Shown here in pieces: positions 37,421 to 39,799 of a DNA stretch of 39,799 bases. Origin of the DNA: Conidiobolus incongruus B7586 (taxonomy: Eukaryota). Within the stretch, counting starts at the first letter, position 1; every line of letters starts with the position of its first letter. The notes beneath the pieces were generated by a model. That model was given only the letters and a program-made list of their open reading frames with translations. It made no database searches and had not been told where the DNA came from. The stretch is from the NCBI GenBank assembly GCA_000697335.1, contig JNEM01009037.1, positions 1 to 39,799 on the forward strand, written 5' to 3'. The position numbers were made by a program, and so were the translations under genes.

Positions 37421-39799
37421 CTTTATTTTGAAATTTTATACTCTATTAATTAAATTTTTAAAGGTTAAGAAGTGATAAGATTATATTTATTTTATACAGA
37501 CTTTAAGAAATACAAAATGGAATGGAGTATGAGAAATTTAGGTTGGATTTAAGATGAGTTTTAGAGTTGTGATACGATGAATGAAATCATTGATGATTTA
37601 ACCAAATAGAATTCATCTCAATTTAGTACAAATTGTGTTAAATCTTAAACTAGTATCATGATTAAATTAGTATATCGGATACAATGTTATTTTGAAACTA
37701 AATACTTTATAATATATAGAATAAATCAAATAATCATATAGAAACTTTAATATGAATGATTTTTATTATTAATATTAAATCGATAATGTTTTTGAAATTT
37801 GGATAATCTTGGTTGAATATTTATCCCAAAAATATTCCATTTTCCTGAAAATTTTTCTACTTTACGTCATAATTTGAAATTAATAAAATTATTGGAACTG
37901 ACCTAAGTTAATCATTGAAGAAAATAAATTGATTTGATGATAATTCTTATTTCAAAATATCAATACATCAAATTTATTGATGACCGAAAAGTTGTATTAG
38001 AAGAGTTTTTTGTATCGTGAATATCAAATCCAATTTGATTGATCTATAAATTTCGATAAGAATACTATGACATCTTATTTTATATATTAATCAATAATAT
38101 AGCTTTATTTCATATATTTAAATATTGGTTAATTTTATTATTGACGCAGTATAAATCAATATTGCAAAGAGTTTTATTATTTTACTCTAATTAATTCTTA
38201 CTATTATCACACTTTATATTGTTTTAAATATAAATAGATATATTTAATAATCTCAGAGTATATAAAGCAAGAGTATTTGATTAGCTTGTTTCGTTTTGTT
38301 AATCTAATAATATAATTGTTTTTAAAACTTTTTATAATATCAAACTATTAATATTTTATTGATCAAATATGTATATATTAGTTTGTATGAAAAAATGCAT
38401 AAACTCTTGCTTTTAAATATACATTATATATTAACAAATTAGGGAAGTGTACAATAATTTTGCTTATTAATCGATGTTAATCAATTAAATTTATCTACTA
38501 TCTGACTTCAAACCTATGTTAATTTGAAGCTCTAATATTGTGTTTCTACCAATTGCTAGTAAAACGCTAATAATAGATAAGGAAGCTGCTTGTTTATGGC
38601 CTGTTTGGTAGTTTAGATTAGGGTGTTTTATTGGGATTTGTTAAGGGTTTAATGGGCTTCATAGAAGACCAGAGGTGATGATGATAATGTATCTTTTATA
38701 GACCATTTGTCGGCTGTAGGTAGTGTAAAGGAGTGTATTGAGTTGCTAGAAGAATGAGATCTTGAAGTGGTGTGATAGGTCTCTTGAGGTTAAGACTCCA
38801 CAAGGTAAATGATCGCGAGATGATGTTGATCGGGCGGGTTATCATTTATGTAACCACAATATTATAATTAATATGATTTTATAACAGAATAATTTCAATC
38901 TTTTTTCAAAATTATTTAGTTTAACAAGAAAGAAACAACAATTTTTTTGATTTTTGATTATTCAAATACATTGTTAGTTTTAAAAAATTGATTGTGTGTA
39001 AATTATTTGAGGGAATTAATATTTTTGAACTATATATATTTATAATAGTTTTTTAATTAAAATATTTTTATTCAAAAATTTATTGTTAAATGTAATTATA
39101 CTTAAACCAGATAGTGATTATCAAAAGTCTTTTATTTTAATATTATTGATACTCAACCACAAACCTTTTAAAATCATTTAAGTTTTTCAAACCCCTTATA
39201 TAGTTAATATTGTATTTAAAATTACCTTCTATTCTTAGATTTGTCATTTTAATACTAAAAAAATGTTATTTAAAATTTACCAAAATTTAAAAAATTAATA
39301 TTTACTATTATTTTTATTAATAGGATAAAAAATTTATTATAAGTAATCTTCTTACTTAAAGTATTATTAAAGCAACCTAAAATTAATTATAAAAGTGTAT
39401 TATATATATTTATTATTTTAACTTGGTTTAATTAAAAATTATAAAATAAATACTTAATAAATTAACAAAAGCTTAAAAAACTAAAATATCTATAATAATA
39501 TAAAGCTTATTAAAACATATAAATATAAATAAAGAGTTTATATAATAATTACTAAAATGAATAAATCCTAGATTTTTTATAAATTTCTGTATTCAAAAAC
39601 TAAAATAATATACAAAGTCAAATTAAATCAACTTTTTTAATAAATTTCAATAAATATTTTGATTATATATAAATAAAAATAATTATAGAACATTATAATA
39701 TAATCTTTTTTTATTTAGTTTTTAAAAATATATTAATTAATAGTAAGTTTTATATTATCTTTAATAATATTTATTTTAATTATAAATTTTAAATATTTA

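Noticed and set aside
38480..38850. GC-richer patch with short minus-strand open frames
   Set aside because: Frames are broken and match no motif I recognise; possibly a relic, but unsupported.
1..39799. CRISPR arrays, tRNA/rRNA genes, prokaryotic operons
   Set aside because: No repeat-spacer array, cloverleaf or rRNA-like sequence seen; the window is intron-containing eukaryotic DNA.

Overview
Very AT-rich eukaryotic DNA with short (~50-75 nt) GT-AG introns. It is fungal, and the gene content and composition suggest an early-diverging lineage such as a Conidiobolus-like Entomophthoromycotina (inference only). Contents in order: a full-length, transition-riddled DD34D mariner relic (630-1934); a Zn2Cys6 transcription factor; two tandem paralogous Gly/Ser-rich GPI-anchor-like surface protein genes, one of which has apparently lost its stop codon; a GC-rich near-perfect ~130-bp-stem hairpin locus (10287-10568) that looks like a hairpin-RNA/siRNA precursor gene; a 6-exon mitochondrial carrier; a multi-exon REC114-like meiotic gene missed by the ORF track; SAC1; decayed F-box/LRR-like relics; a second Zn2Cys6 paralog; a two-LIM-domain protein; an intronless M36 fungalysin; and a small C2-domain protein ending in a CaaX box. 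Best leads: the hairpin locus, the RIP-like C:G>T:A hypermutation of the mariner, and the REC114 gene with AAG 3' splice sites. All family calls are by-eye motif recognition; no database searches were run.
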